Source of the DNA: Carcharhinus amblyrhynchos
Taxonomy: Eukaryota
Length of the DNA: 64,000 nucleotides
Assembly (NCBI GenBank): GCA_965287045.1
Contig: OZ336884.1
Location: 75,578,001 to 75,642,000, forward strand
Direction: 5' to 3'
In this document: piece by piece, positions 62,517-64,000 of the stretch
Numbering within the stretch: position 1 is the first letter of the stretch
How the letters are laid out: each line of letters begins with the position of its first letter
Notes under the pieces: generated by a model
Database searches by the model: none
Seen by the model: the letters and a program-made list of their open reading frames with translations, nothing else
Told to the model about the DNA's origin: nothing
Position numbers and translations under genes: made by a program

Positions 62517-63590
62517 AAGCAAAATACTGCAGATGCTGGATAAGTTCAGCAGGTCTGGCAGCATCTGTGGAGAAATGAAACAGAGTCAACGTTTTGAGTC
62601 TGTATGACTCTTCAGAGCTGAAGTGGGGTAGAAGAGTTGGAGAACAGCTGAAGGAAATGGAAGGTCAGGAATAGGTCGGAGCTGAGGAGAGTTGACAAAG
62701 ATGTCATGGATACAAAACAGAGTATTGACGGTAGTATTAAGGACCAACGAAGGTGCTAATAGTGGCAAAAAAGTAAAACATAGAATGTGTTAATAGGTGA
62801 ACAAAGATCAGTGCTCAGTGAAAGGAAAGCTAAAGAATAAGTGACAGATGGCTGTGTGTGGGGCAGGGGTGTGGTTTGCTTTGGGCAAATAAAAAAAATC
62901 AAGGTGGCTGAGATGAAAGGGAAGGTTGACAATCTGAAGTTGTTGAACTCGATGTTGAGTTCAGAAGGCTGTAACGTGTCTGATCAGAAGATTAGGTTTT
63001 GTTCCACCGATCTGCATTAGGCTTCATTACAGCATGGCAGCAGACCAAAGACGATATGTGTCCTTGAGAACATGATGTTGCAAATGTCAAGCAACAGGAA
63101 GGTAGGGGTCATACTTGTGGACTGAGTGAAGGTGTTCTGCAAAGCGGTCATCCAATCCACGTTTAGTCTCCCCAGTGTGGAGAAGCGAATACAGTAGGCC
63201 AAATTGAGGAATTAAAAGTGAAATGCTGCTTCACCTAAAAGGAGTATTTCGGTCCTTGGACAGTGGGGAGGGAGGAGGTAAAGGGGCAGATGCTGCATCT
63301 TCTGTGATTGCATAGGAAGGTGCCTTAGGAAGGGGATGAAGGGTTGGGGTGATGGAGGAGTGGACCAGAGTATCACAGAGGGGGAATGGTCCCTGTGGAA
63401 TGTTGGTGTTGGGGGTTGGGGTGATGTTTCATGATGGCATCATGCTGGAGTTGGTTGAAGTGACCGAGGATAATCCTTTGAATGTGGAGGTTGGTGGAGT
63501 GGTAAATGAGAACAAAAGGAACCCCTGGTCCTGGGAGGGAGGAGAAGGGAAGGGATAAGGACAGAGATGCAAGAAGTGAATCAGACATGG
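62517..63590 (-). mobile_element. Penelope-like retroelement 3' portion with GIY-YIG endonuclease remnant
   Basis: VKQHFT..LAYCIR..TGETKRGLDDRFAEHLHSV..LPVA..GLLPC..EQNLIF..TLQPSELNIEFNNFR, then terminal CTGAAGAGTCATACAGACTCAAAACGTT and CAGATGCTGCCAGACCTGCTG. Confidence 0.85.
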
Positions 63591-63749
63591 TTGAGATATA
63601 ATGGATCGGTGCTGCGAGAGGTCAAGAATGTGCTATTGACGGTGCATGGCACTGAATGTGAATTTTGGGTTCCAGTGAAAACAGTGGTTCAAGGAATTTA
63701 GAATGACTTGGAGATATATATACTCATGGACGGATCCAAAACACAGAGT

Positions 63750-64000
63750 GAAATTTGCTGATGACACCAAGATTGGGGGAAAGGCAAATTGTGCGGAGGG
63801 TGTGGAGAGTCTGCAGAAGGATCTAGATAGGCTGGGCGAATGGGCCAGGAAATGGCAAATGGAATTTAATGTTGGCAAGTGTGAGGTGGTCCACTTTGGT
63901 AGGAAGAATGGTAGGAAGGACTATTACTTACGTGGTGAAAAACTGCAGCAGGTGACGGTGCAGAGGGACCTCGGGGTCCTTGTGCATGAGTCGCAAAAAC
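63750..64000 (+). mobile_element. Young CR1, 5'-truncated, runs off the window
   Basis: KFADDTKIGGKANC..RDLGVLVHESQK; matches the reverse complement of 4050-4300 with 2 differences. Confidence 0.95.

Noticed and set aside
63700-63750. DGSK peptide suggesting RNase H fused to the CR1
   Set aside because: Only four residues, not in frame with the RT, no other RNase H motifs
1-64000. CRISPR arrays, operons, rRNA or other prokaryotic systems
   Set aside because: No regularly spaced repeats or dense ORFs; the sequence is vertebrate intronic/intergenic DNA

Overview
AT-rich vertebrate genomic DNA, almost certainly from an elasmobranch (shark), judged from HE1-type V-SINEs, CR1/HER1-like LINEs, Deu-domain SINEs and Penelope remnants. 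There are no prokaryotic features and no complete protein-coding gene. Two CpG-retaining promoter regions (~37.1-40.7 kb and ~51.7-54.6 kb) appear to drive divergent transcripts. The minus-strand gene shows three apparently non-coding 5' exons (first exon ending at 39654, a 41-nt exon, a 1051-nt AUG-rich exon), with its coding part probably left of the window. The plus-strand unit starts near 52.6 kb and is unidentified. The rest is layered transposon debris. Highlights: (1) a decayed Gmr1-type LTR retrotransposon (integrase before RT) whose RT/RNaseH region is replaced by intronless, scrambled ODF2/cenexin-like coding fragments; (2) palindromic Penelope-derived inserts carrying minimal hammerhead-ribozyme motifs, one with a 13-bp TSD; (3) two ~99% identical young CR1 copies; (4) a pogo-type transposase fossil; (5) an inverted duplication at 59.4-61.0 kb. 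All calls are by eye, and repeat boundaries are approximate.
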